Source of the DNA: Elusimicrobiota bacterium
GTDB taxonomy: Bacteria > Elusimicrobiota > Elusimicrobia > Elusimicrobiales > UBA9959
NCBI GenBank assembly: GCA_030651035.1
Contig: JAUSCK010000277.1
Coordinates: 7,711-71,710, forward strand
Direction: 5' to 3'
DNA length: 64,000 nucleotides
A program made the position numbers and the translations under genes. The notes beneath the pieces are model-generated. The model saw only the letters and a list, made by a program, of their open reading frames with translations, made no database searches and was not told where the DNA came from. Numbering within the stretch: the first letter of the stretch is position 1; each line of letters begins with the position of its first letter. Shown piece after piece: positions 9,601 through 21,600 of the stretch.

Positions 9601-12600
9601 GACCTCGTTGATATAGACATTGGCCGTCTGCGGCAGGCTGGAAGGCACGTTGGAAATGGCCGAAGTGCTGCCCGCCTTGTCATAGGTCTTTACCGCGAAG
9701 TAATAGGTCTTACCTGCCTCGAACCCGTAAAGCACCTTCGATTCCGTAACGCCGGCGCCCTGCGGGACCCAGGCCTGGGCGTAAACGCCCGCGGAGTCGA
9801 ACAGGGCCGCGGTTATATTGTAGGTGGCCGCCCTGACCAGATAGCCGCCCTGCGCGTTATCATTGAGCGCCCCGTCGTCGCCCGGCGCGGGCCATTCCAG
9901 CTTCACCGAGCCCCTGACCGGGCCGGGAGAGGCCGCAAGCGCGGTTATATCGGCCGGGGCCTGGGTGTCTTTAAGCACTTTAAAGGCGTCAACGAGCGTG
10001 GCGCTGGAAGAAGCCCAGTCCCAGACCCGCACCGTGATATAGTTCGTGCCGTGGGCCAGCAGGCCGAAGTTCATACCCCAGTCCGCGCTATAGGAGTTGC
10101 CCACGCCGGTGCCGGAGGAGATAACAGCGTTGTCCACCGCGTTGGCCCCGGTCTGGGCAGCCCCGGTCCAGGCGGAATATGTAATGGACGAGATCTGCGC
10201 CCCGCCGGAGTCGGCAAAGTTCACGTCGTAGATGTTCCCCGCGTCCGCGCTGCGCCAGGCCGGGTCGAAGCCGGCTGCCAGGTTGTTGGTTATAGTCGGG
10301 ACAGTAGTGTCCTTCCTGACGTAGAAGGCGTCCACCGCGGAGTTGGAGATGTTGCCCACATTGTCCAGCGCCCTGACCGAGACGTATGACTGGCCCTGCG
10401 GCAGTATATTGAAGGTGCCGGCGGCCAGCGGCCAGTCGGTGGTGTAGGAATCCAGGTTTATGCCCGTCACCTGGTCCGTCCAGTCCTGCAGCAGCGTTCC
10501 GCCCAGGCCCGCCGCGGAATGGACCTTGGTCTGGACGCGGGCCAGCCTGGAGCCGCCGGAATCTGTGGCGTCGACGTTATAGTAGGCGCTGGCATTGCGC
10601 CAATTGTCGTCGCCGGCCTGGTTGTCCGCCGCGGTGGGCGGCACTATATCGTGCCTGTCGAAGTCCGCCGCGGCGAATTCATAGATATGACCCGAGCCGC
10701 TCTGTTCATGCAGAGCATTGGCGGAGGCCCCGGCGGCTGCCCAGGCAGAGCCGTTCCAGACCGTGCTCCTGACGTCGTTAGCCGGCCCATCGACTCCCAG
10801 CGCGGTTATATTGTCGGTGTTAGGGTCCGGTATCAGCGAGAGCCAGGTTATGCTGCCGGCGAACACCGTGTTGTTGTTGGTGGCCGTCACCGACGGGCTG
10901 GCGGGGCTCCAGGTCCCGGCGGACCAGGTAATCCAGTCAAATTTATTATCAGTAGCTCCGGCGTCATCCACCGCCACGGCCAGCAGCTGCCCGGACTGGG
11001 ACTCCCAGGCGCAGTCGGTCATCCTGTAGCCCGTCCCGCTCATCGCCGTATCTTCCGTAGGCAGGGCTGACCAGGCCTCGGCTCCTGCGGGCCGCCAGAC
11101 CGCCATGTTCCAGTCTATATCGCCGTCGAGCGAGGTGAGGCCTATCCGGTTGGTGGACGGATCGGAGCAGAGGCGTATCCAGTTAGCGCCCGCCGTGGCG
11201 GCCAGGGCCGGACCGGCGGTCGGAGCGCCCCAGGTGGAGGCGGAATACCACTTGCGGTAACTGGTGCCGGTGCCCGTGCCCCACAGCACCAGCGCGTCTC
11301 CGGTCTGCGTCTCCCAGGCGGCGTCGAAACTTTCCTTCGTGGCTATGGAACCGGCCGTGGTCAGGTTGACGTTGTCTATCCAGACCGAGCCGTTCCAGAC
11401 CGCGGCTGAGATGTCGGAATTGGCGTCCAGGGCCGTCAGGAGTATCCTGTCGGTGCCCGGCATGGACCTGAGCCGCACCCAGTTGACGGTGCCGGTAAGC
11501 GAGGTCAGCGGGAGGCTGGCGGGGCCGGCCGCCCAGGCCGAGGCCGAGGCCGACCAGACGGCGTAGGTCACCGCGCCGGTGGTACCGTTATAGTAGGCCG
11601 TCATGATCCGGCCGCTCAGGTTCTCTGCGGCCATGTCGAAGCGCCGCGTGACCGAGCCGCCCGGGGCGGGCGCGGGAGCGGGCGTGGCGTCCGACCAGGC
11701 GGAGCCGTTCCATTTGAGCACCTTCAGCGAATTGTCGGAATAGAGCAGCCCGGCCAGTTTCTGGTTCGCCACCAGGGGCACGGACTTAAGCACGGACCAG
11801 CGTATGACCGAGCCGGTTACGCCGCTGTCGGCCTCCGCGCTCCAGTTAGGCGGGACCCAGGTCTGGTATCTCAGGTTGGCGGAATTATCGCCGTAGACCA
11901 GCATGCCGTCCGCCGCCCCGGCGGGGGCCGCGGTGCCCACTATCACGTTGGAGATAGGAGCGGTATTTCCGGCTTCGTCCACCGCCTTGATGGCGATGGA
12001 ATAGGTGGCGCCGGGCGAAAGGCCGTCCAGGACCCTGGCCTCGGCCTGGCCGTAGGCCAGCGGCGTCCAGGTCTGGGTGTAAGAGGAAACGTTCGGCGCG
12101 CTGAAATTCCCGGAGTTCACGGCGAAAGTGGCGTAGCGCACGATATAGGCCTGCGCCGTGCCGGCCCCAGCCACGCCCGCCACCCCTTCGCCGGGGGCGG
12201 TCCAGTAGAGGTTCACCTGGCCCTGGAAATCGCCCTGCAGCGAACTGAGGTCGGAGACGGTCTCGGGCGCGGTGAGGTCCAGCCCGGCATAGGTGGAGGT
12301 CAGGTTGGACAGCGCCCCGGTGTTACCGGCCTTGTCCACGGCCTTCACCGCGGCGTAATACGTTACCGAGGGGGTCAGGCCGGCTATAATGATACCCTCG
12401 CCCTGCCCGGCCGCCTTCGGGGTCAGCGTAGAGACGAACACGCTCACGGCGTCGAAGTTGCCGTCGTTTATGGCGTCGGTGTGGTAGCGTATCATGTAAT
12501 AACTGGCGGAGCCCGCCAGGGCATTGTCCCCGACGGCGGTCCAGTAGACATTAAGTTTCCCCTCGTCGGCGGCCGCCGGCGGCGTGACGGCTGACAGCGC

Positions 12601-15600
12601 GGTAATGCCCGAAGGAGCGACCGTATCTTTGAGTATATAGAACAGGTCCACCGCGGCCGAGGACTGGTCCAGGCCGTCCCAGGCGGTGACGCTGATATAG
12701 TTCGTTCCCGCGGCCAGCAGGGTGAAGGCCGCGTCCGTCAGGCCCCAGTCCGCGGTGTAGGAGGTGATTGGCGCCCCGCTGAAGATCTGCGAGGAGGCCA
12801 CGACGTTGGCTCCGGTCTTGCCGGGCCCGGTCCAGGCCTCGTAAGCCGCGCTGGAGAGGCCGATACCGCCGTCCGCGAAGTCCACGTTGAAAACGTCGCC
12901 GGGATTCAGCCTGTGCCAGGTGGTGTCGCCGGCCTGGAGGTCGGTCATGGACGGGGCGGCGGTATCCTTCTTGAGATAGAAGGCGTCCGCCAGCTCGGTC
13001 AGGTTGCCGGCCTTGTCCCAGGCCCTGACCGAGATATAGTTGAAACCCTGGGCGGCGTTGTTAAAGTCCGCGCTCCAATCCGCGGTGTAAGACAGCAGGC
13101 CGGTGGAAGTGAAGATCTGCGTCCAGCCCAGCGACTGCGAGCCGCCGGCCGCCGGCTGCGTCCAGGCCGCGTAGGCCGCGCTGGAGACCCTGGAGCCGTA
13201 GTCGGAGAAGTCGGCGTTATAGAGCGTTCCCGCCGCCGAGCGCCAGTTATCATCGCCGGCCTGGTTGTCGGTTATGAGCGCCGGCGTGGTGTCCTTCAGT
13301 ATCCTGAAGGCGTCAGTCAGGGTGAACGATGAACCGGCGTTGTCAAACACACGCAGCGAAATGTAATTGGTGACGCTGTCGACCAGCGCGTCCCAGACCC
13401 CGGAGGCCAGCGGCCAGTCTGCGGGATAGGCGGCGGCGTTCAGCCCCAGGGTATTGTCGGTCCAGTCCGGCGAGTAGGGCCCGGCGCCGGGCGTGGTGGA
13501 GGCCCGGACCTGGAACTTAGCCAGCAGCGCGCCCCCGGTGTCGGTGAAATCAGCGTCGTAGAGACCCGTGTTGAGGCCGCGCCAGTCGAACTCCCCGGCC
13601 TGGGCCGACGAGGCCGCAGGCGCCGTAGTGTCCTTGAATATCCTGAAGGCGTCCACCAGTGTGCCCGTGGTGCCGGCTATATCCCAAGCCCGCACCGAAA
13701 TATAATTAGTGCCTTCCGGCAGCAGGTCCCAGGCCGCCTGCGGCAGGGCCCAGTCGGCGGCGTAAGAGGCGGAATTGAGGCCGGAAGCTATGGGGGTCCA
13801 GTCCACGGGCATGATGCCGGTGCGCGCGGCTCCCGTGGTCACGCTGAACTGGTAGACGGAAAGTTTTGAACCGCCGGCATCCTGCACGTCCACGTTATGG
13901 AGCGTGCCGGAGGAATTGCGCCAGTTCAGATCGCCGCCGGCAGCGCCGTTGACGTAGGACGGGGCCGTGGTGTCCTTGAGCACGTAGAAAGGCTGAGAAC
14001 CGTAGGTGAAGAGGTTGCCGGCGCCGTCATAGACGCGCACGGAGATATAATTCGTCCCCTCCCGCAGCAGGTCCCAGACTCCGGAGGCCAGGGCCCAGTC
14101 GGAGGTATAGGAAGGCAGGTTTATCCCCGCGACATTGTCCGTCCAGTCGGGAGAGAAGGGCCCGATCAGGCCGGCATTGGTGGAGGCGCGCACCTGGAAC
14201 CTCTCCAGCCGCGAACCGCCCGTATCCGTGAAATCCACGTTGTAGAGGCCGTTATTGGCGTTGCGCCAGGCGTCATCGCCCGCCTGGAGGTCCGTCACCG
14301 ACGGAACGGTGGTATCCTTGAACACCCTGAAGGCGTCGGTAGAGAAGGTTATATTCCCGGCCTCGTCGTAAACCCGCAGCGAGACATAATTCGTGCCCTC
14401 CTGAAGCAGGTCCCAGGCCCCGGCGAAAAGCGCCCAGTCGGCGGAGTAGGCGGGAGCGTTAATGGCTGTGATATTGTCGGCCCAATCGGTCACCAGCGTG
14501 CCGGTCTGGGAGGCCCCGGTGGTTATCTTGACCTGGAACTTCTCCAGCAGCGAGCCGCCGGAGTCGGTGAAATCCAGGTCATAGGCCGCGCCCGCGGCGC
14601 CGCGCCAGGTTTGGTCGCCGCCGGCGATATTATTGGTTATGACGGCCGGGACGGTGTCCTTCCTGACGTAGAAGACGTCGGACTGCGAGGCCGAGTTCTG
14701 GGCCTGGTTATAGACCCGCACCGAGATATAGTTGGTGGCGGCGCTGAGCATAGCGTCAAACACGGTCCCGGGCAGCGCCCACTCCGCCGTATAGGACGCG
14801 GAATTTATGCCGGTGACGGCCGCCGTCCAGTCAGAGGTGAAAGGCCCGGCGCCGCCGGGCATGGTGGAGGAGCGCACCTCCAGCCTGTCCACCAGCGAGG
14901 CGCCGGAAGCCGAGGCGTCCACGTTATACAGCCCGTCGTTTACGCTCCGCCAGGCCGTATCCCCGGCCTGGTTGTCGGTTATGGTCACGGTCTGGGTGTC
15001 CTTCCTGATATAGAAGGCGTCGGCCAGCGTGCCGGAGGAACCGGCATTATCCCAGGCCCGCACGGAGATATAGCTGGTGCCGCTGGGCAGCAGAGCCCAG
15101 AGCTCGGCGGTCAGCGCCCAGTCGGCGTCGTAGGCGGCGGCGTTAATGCCGGTCACCAGGTCCGTCCAGCCGAAATGCGGCGTGCCGGCCAGGCCGGTCG
15201 CGCTGGAGGCCGTCACCTGGAACCTGCTTAGCAGCGAACCGCCGGTGTCGGCGAAGTTCACGTTATAGGTCCCGTTATTGGCGCTGCGCCAGGTATCGTC
15301 ACCCGCCTGCAGGTCCGTGACGGCCGGAGGCGTGGTATCCTTGCGCACCGCGAAGACGTCGGTCTGCGCGGCGAAGTTGCCGCCATTGTCGTAAGCCCGC
15401 ACCGAGATATAGTTGGGGCCCTCGGGCATGGAGGCGAAGTCCAGCGACCAGGGCATGTTGTAATAAGTCGCGTTGATGGCGGTGATCCTGTCCGTCCATT
15501 CCCAGACCAGCGTGCCGGTCTGCGCCGGGCCCGTGGTGACCCGGGTCTGGAACTTGGAGAGTTTGGCCCCGCCCAGGTCGGCGAAGTCCACGTCGAAAGC

Positions 15601-18600
15601 CGCGCCGGGATCGGCCGCCAGCCAGTCGGTATCCGCCTGGTTGTCGGCTACGGATGGGTTGGTGACGTCCTTGAGCACGTAGAAAGCGTCCTCCGCCGTG
15701 CGGGAAGAGCCCAGCGCGTCCCAAGCCCGCACCGAGACGTAGTTCGTGGCCGTCTCCTGCAGGGCGAAGAAATCCACGCCCCAGTCCGCGGTGTAGGAGG
15801 CGTAGGCCTGGCCGCTGAAGAGGTCGGTCCAGTTCTTCAGGACGGTCCCCGCGCCGTTCGGCAGAGAGGTGACCCTGTACTGGGCGGTGCTCACCCCCAC
15901 CCCGGAGTCGGCGAAGTCCATGTTATAGAGCGAGCCGGAAGCGTTGCGCCAGTTGTCGTCGCCTGCCTGGCCGTCCGTAATGGAAGGGGCGCTGGTGTCC
16001 TTGCGTATCACGAAGGCATCCGCGGCCGCGGAGGACAGGGCCACCCTGTCGAAAGCCCGGACGGAGACGTAGTTGGAGCCGTCCTTAGCCGCGGCGAAGT
16101 CCACGCCCCAGGCCGCGTCGTAGAGAGCCAGGCCCCCCGGAGTGAAGCTAATCACGGTCCAGTCCTTGTACAGCCCCCCCCCCCCGGCGGGCAGCGAGGT
16201 TATGCGGTATTCCACCGAGGTGAGGCCGCTGGAGAGGTCGCGGAAATCCACGTCGAAGACCGCGCCCGGGTCGGAGCCGTACCAGGCCGTGGGGCTGGCC
16301 TGGTTATTTATAACCTCGGGGCTGGAGACATCCACGATGAAAGCCCGCGTGGCCGCCCAGGCGGAATAATTCGCGGCGGCGTCGGCGGCCCTGACACGCC
16401 AGTAATAAACCCCGTCGCCCACGGCCGGCAGCGAGGCCGCTGAGACTGCCGGGGCGGAGGCGTAGGCTACAACCTGGAAATCGGCGCGGGTCGAGACCTC
16501 TAGCGCGTAGCCGGAGGTCCCGGAGCGCAGGTCGGAAGAATCGGTCCAGTCGAAAGAAACGGCGGAGACGGAATACAGGGCATTGTCCGCCGGCGAGGAA
16601 AGTGCCGGCGCGGAAGGCGGCGTGGTGTCCTTGAGCACGGTGAAGGCGTCGTCGAGCGCCGCGCTCTGGGCCAGCGCGTCATAAGCGCGCACCGAAACAT
16701 AATTAGTGAAGACTTCGGAAAGAGCCGCGAAGTCCACCGCCCAGTCGGAGGAATAGGAGGCCTGCCCGGGAGTCAGGGACGCGATGTTTGTCCAGTCCTT
16801 CAGCAGCGTCCCGGTCTGGCCCGCTCCGGACATGACCTTATACTGCGCCGTGGCCAGGCCCGACAGCGAGTCCAGGAAATCCACGTTATAGACCGTTCCC
16901 GCCGCGGCGCGCCAGGCCGCGTCGCCCGTCTGGCCGTCCGTTATCGACGGGGCCGAGGTATCCTTCTGCACATAGAAGGCGTTGTCGAAGGTTCCGGAGC
17001 TGGGCACCAGGTCGTGGGCCCGCACCGAGACGTAATTGCGCCCGGCGGCCAAGGCGTCGAACACGGCTCCCGGCAGCGCCCAGTCGGCCGTGTAATCAAC
17101 GGCGCCGAGGGCGGTCACTACGTCGGTCCAATCAGGAGCGTAGGCGCAGCCGGAGGTACAGGTGGAGGCGCGCACCTGGAACTTGTCGAGGTTCTGGCCC
17201 GACTGGGACTGGAAGTCCATGTTGTAAACGCCGGTATTGGAAGCGCGCCAGGTATCGTCGCCGGACTGGTTGTCGATTATAGAGGGCGCGGAGGCGTCCT
17301 TGTACAGCGAGAAGACGTCCTGGATGTGGGAATTGCCGGCATTGTCATAGATCCTGACCGTTATATACGAGTAAGCCAGGTTTGGCAGCACGGCGAAATT
17401 CACGGACCAGTCCTGCGTGTAGGAGGCTGCGTTGATCCCGGTGACTATATTGGTCCACGGTATGACTTCGCCCCCGGTCTGGTAACCGTCCGACCAGGCC
17501 GTGTACTGCGCGTAAGAGAGCAGCGAGCCGCCGGTATCGGTGAAGTCCGCGTTGATAGCGGAGAGGTCGGCCTGGGAATGGGCGGCGGCGATATCCGCCT
17601 GGTTGTCGGTCACGCCGGGCGCGGAGACGTCCTTGCGGACATGGAACACGTCGTAGGAGGTGGCGTCCTGGGCCAGCGTGTCGAAGACGCGCACGGTGAG
17701 ATAGAAGGTCCCCTCAGGCAGCAGGCTCCAGGCCGCGGCCGAGAGGCTCCAGTCGGAGCTGTACGAAGGCGCGTTCAGGGCGGAGAAGATATCGGTCCAG
17801 TTCTTCACCTGCGAGCCGCCCATGGAAACATCCGTGCTGATATAATACTGCGCCGTGGCCAGGCCGGAGAGGGCGTCGGCAAAGTCAACGTTATATACGG
17901 CGGAGTTGGAATTGCGCCAGGTATCGTCGCCGGCCTGGGAATCGGTCACGGAAGGGGCGAAAGTGTCCTTGAGCACTGTAAAAGCGTCCGCGAGAGTACC
18001 CGTGGAACCCGCCAGATCCCAGGCCCGGACGGAAATATAGTTGGTACCCGCTGACAGCAGGGAGAAGTTCACCGCCCAGTCGCCCTGGTACTGCTGCTGG
18101 CTGTAGCCCGCGGCGATGTTCGTCCAGGGGACGGGATTAGCTCCAGTCTGGCCCGCCCCGGTCCAGGCCGAGTACTGGAGCGTATCCAGCGTCGAGAGCG
18201 CGTCGGCGAAGTCGATGTTATAGACCGCGCCGCCGTCGGCCTTGCGCCAGGAAACTTCTCCCGCCTGGCCGTCGGTAATGACGGGGGCGATGGTGTCCAC
18301 CACCAGGGCATAGGCGGACGGGTAATCCGAATAATTGCCGGCGTTATCGCTGGCACGGACCTTCCAGTAATGCGTGGCGGACATGGAGAGGGCTGCGGTG
18401 AACTGGGAGGCAGCCGGCGCGCCGGAGGAAGCGATGACGGAGAAGCCGCTGTGCGTGGAAACCAGCGCTTCGTAACCGTAGATCCCGGAGGTGCCGTCGG
18501 AAGAGTTAGTCCAGTCCAGCGTCGGGCCCAGCGTGCGCACGTAGGCGAAGTCAGCAGGCGTAGAAAGCGACGGCACGGAGGGGACGGTGGTGTCCTTCCT

Positions 18601-21600
18601 GACATAGAAGGCGTCGGAGAGGGCGGAGGTATTGCCCGCATTATCATAAACGCGCACGGAGACGTAGTTCGGGCCTTCGAGCAAAGCGTTCCAGACCCCG
18701 GCCGGCAGGGACCAGTTAGCCGAATAGCCGGAGGAATTAATGCCCGCCGCGACGTCCAGCCAGTCCTGCAGCACCGTGCCGGTCTGCGACGGCCCCGTGG
18801 TCGCCTTTACCTGAATACGGTCGAGCAGGGAGCCGCCGGCGTCGGTGTAGTCCACGTTGTAAACGCCGGTGTCGGCATTGCGCCAGGTATCGTCTCCGGC
18901 CTGGTTGTCGGTTATGCCGGGCAGGGTTATGTCCTTGCGTATATAGAATACGTCGGCGGCCGTGGTGGTGGCCCCGGCCACGTCCCAGGCCCGGACCGAT
19001 ACGTAGTTGCTACCGTTCTCGGCGAGGGCGGCGAAGTCCACCGACCAATCCGTAGTATAGGCGGAGGCGTTGATATTGGAGGCGATGAAAGTCCAGTCTT
19101 TGAGCAGCGTCCCGGCCTGGGCCGGCAGCGACGTCACCTTGTACTGCGCGGCGGCCAGCAGCGAGGTCCCGGCGTCCTCGAAATCCACGTTATAAACGGT
19201 GCCCGCCATGCTGCGCCAGGTATCGTCGCCGCCCTGGCTGTCCGTCACGCGCGGGGCCGAAGTTGACTTCTTCACGTAGAAAGCGTCATTGAGGCTCTGC
19301 GTGAGCCCGGCGTTGTCAAAGACCCGGACCGAGACATAGTTCAGGCCGCTCTGCATGGCCGTGAACACGCCCTCGGGCACGGCCCACTCGGCGTCGTAGG
19401 AGGCGGCGTTAAGGCCGGAGAGCACTGTCAGCCAGTCCGAGACCAGAGTGCCGGTCTGGGCTGCCCCGGTCGTTACCTTTATCTGGAAATAGGCGAGCTT
19501 CGAGCCGCCGGTATCGGCGAAATCCACGTTATAGGCCCCGCTGTTGGAGCCTCGCCACGCGTCGTCGCCGCCCTGGTTGTCGGTTATGGAGGGCGCGCTG
19601 GTGTCCTTCCGAATATAGAAGGCGTCGGAAAGAGTCGCCTGGTTCTGCGCCCCGTCGAAAGCCTTCACGGAAATATAGGAAGTGCCCGGTCCCAGCAGGG
19701 TCCACTGGTCGAAGGAAAGTGTCCAGTCTTCGGCATAGGTCTCGGAGTTGATGGCCCCTGCCTTGTCGGTCCAGTCCAGCAGCACCGTGCCGGTCTGCGA
19801 CGGGCCGGTGGTTATCTTCAGCTGGAACTTGTCCAGCCGCGAGCCGCCGGAGTCGGTGAAGTCCACGTTATAGACGCCCGCGTTGGAATTGCGCCAGGCA
19901 TCGTCGCCGGCCTGGTTGTCCGTAATGGAAGGCGGGGAAGCGTCTTTCCTGACATAGAAGACGTCCTGAGTCTCTGCCGAGCCCTGGGCCCTGTCCGCGG
20001 CCCGCACCGAGATATAGCTGGTGCCGGAACCCAGCAGATCGAAATTAGCGGCCCAGTCGGCGGCGTAGGCGGCCAGGTTCACCGGCGGGGCGGTTATATT
20101 GGTCCACGGCACCAGGTTGCTGCCGCCGAGTCCCGGCTGGGTCCAGGCCGAGTACTGCACGGTATCGAGCAGCGAGCCGCCGGCGTCGGCGAAGTCCACA
20201 TTGTACACCGCGCCGGGATCGCTCCCGCGCCAGGCGTCGTCCCCGGCCTGGTTGTCGGCCATCGTGGGCGGGGCGGTGTCCAGCACCAGCGCGTAGGTCG
20301 AGGACCAGGCCGAATAGTTGCCGGCGTTGTCCGCGGCGCGGGCCTTCCAGTAATAAGCGGCCGAGACCAGGCCTGCTGCCTGATGCTGGGAGGAGGAAGC
20401 GGCGGCGCTGGCCGAGAAGACGGAGAAGAACTCGTCGGTGCCGATATATATCTCATAGCCGGACAACCCGCTGAGCGCGTCGGCGGAATCGCTCCAGTCG
20501 AAGAGCGGCCCGGCGGAGTTGGAATAGCCGCCGTCGGCCGGGGCAACAAGGGAAGGCGCGGAAGGCGCGGTGGTGTCTTTCCTTACATAGAAGACGTCGG
20601 AAAGAGTGGCGGTGGAACCGGCATAGTCGAAGACACGCACCGAGACATAGTTGGTGCCGGACTGCATAAGAGTGAAGGTAGAGGCGCCCAGGCTCCAGTC
20701 GGAGGCATAAGAGGCGGAATTCACGCCCGAGGCGAGGCTGGTCCAGTCGGAGATCAGCGTCCCTGTCTGCGCCGGGCCGGTGGTCACTTTCACCTGGATG
20801 CGGTCTATCAGCGAGCCGCCGGTGTCGGTGAAATCGACGTTATAAACGGCGGCACTGTCCTTGCGCCAGGCGTCGTCCCCGGCCTGGTTGTCGCTTACCC
20901 CGGGGGCCGTCACGTCCTTCCTTATATAGAAGACGTCCTCGAGGACAGCCGTATTGCCGGCGGCGTCCGCCGCCTGCGCCGAAACATAGCTGGTGCCGTT
21001 CGGCAGCAGGTCCCAGTGCGCCTGCGACAGCTTCCAGTCCGTCGGATAGGAATCGGCCCCTATGGAGTCCGCTATCAGCCCGGAGGCAAAGGAAACCAGT
21101 TCGGCGCCTTGCCGGCCGGTGGAGGAATAGACCGCGTAGCGCACGTTCTGGAGCCTGGAGCCGCCGGCGTCCGTGAAGTCCACATTGTAGACGGTGCCGG
21201 AGGACCTGCGCCAGGTATCGTCGCCCGCCTGCGCGTCGGTCACTACCGGCGGCGCGGTGTCCACGAAGACCGCGAAGGTGGAGGAATAGACCGAGTAATT
21301 GCCGGCGGCGTCCAGCGCCCTGGCGCGCCAGTAGTACTTGCCGCTGTCGAGGCCGGAAGCCGAAGCCTGGGAAACGGAGGGCGAGTCGCTGAACGACAGC
21401 GTCGTGAAATCGTCGGAAGTGGAGACCTGCAGAGTGTAGCCGGCCACTCCGGAAGTGCCGTCGGAAGAATCGGACCAGTCCAATAAAGGCTGAGTATTGA
21501 CGGCCGCATTGTCCGCAGGGGAGGACAGCGACGGAACGGAAGGCGCTGTGGTGTCCTTTTTGACATAGAAAGCGTCCACAGCGGGATTGACGGTGGCATT

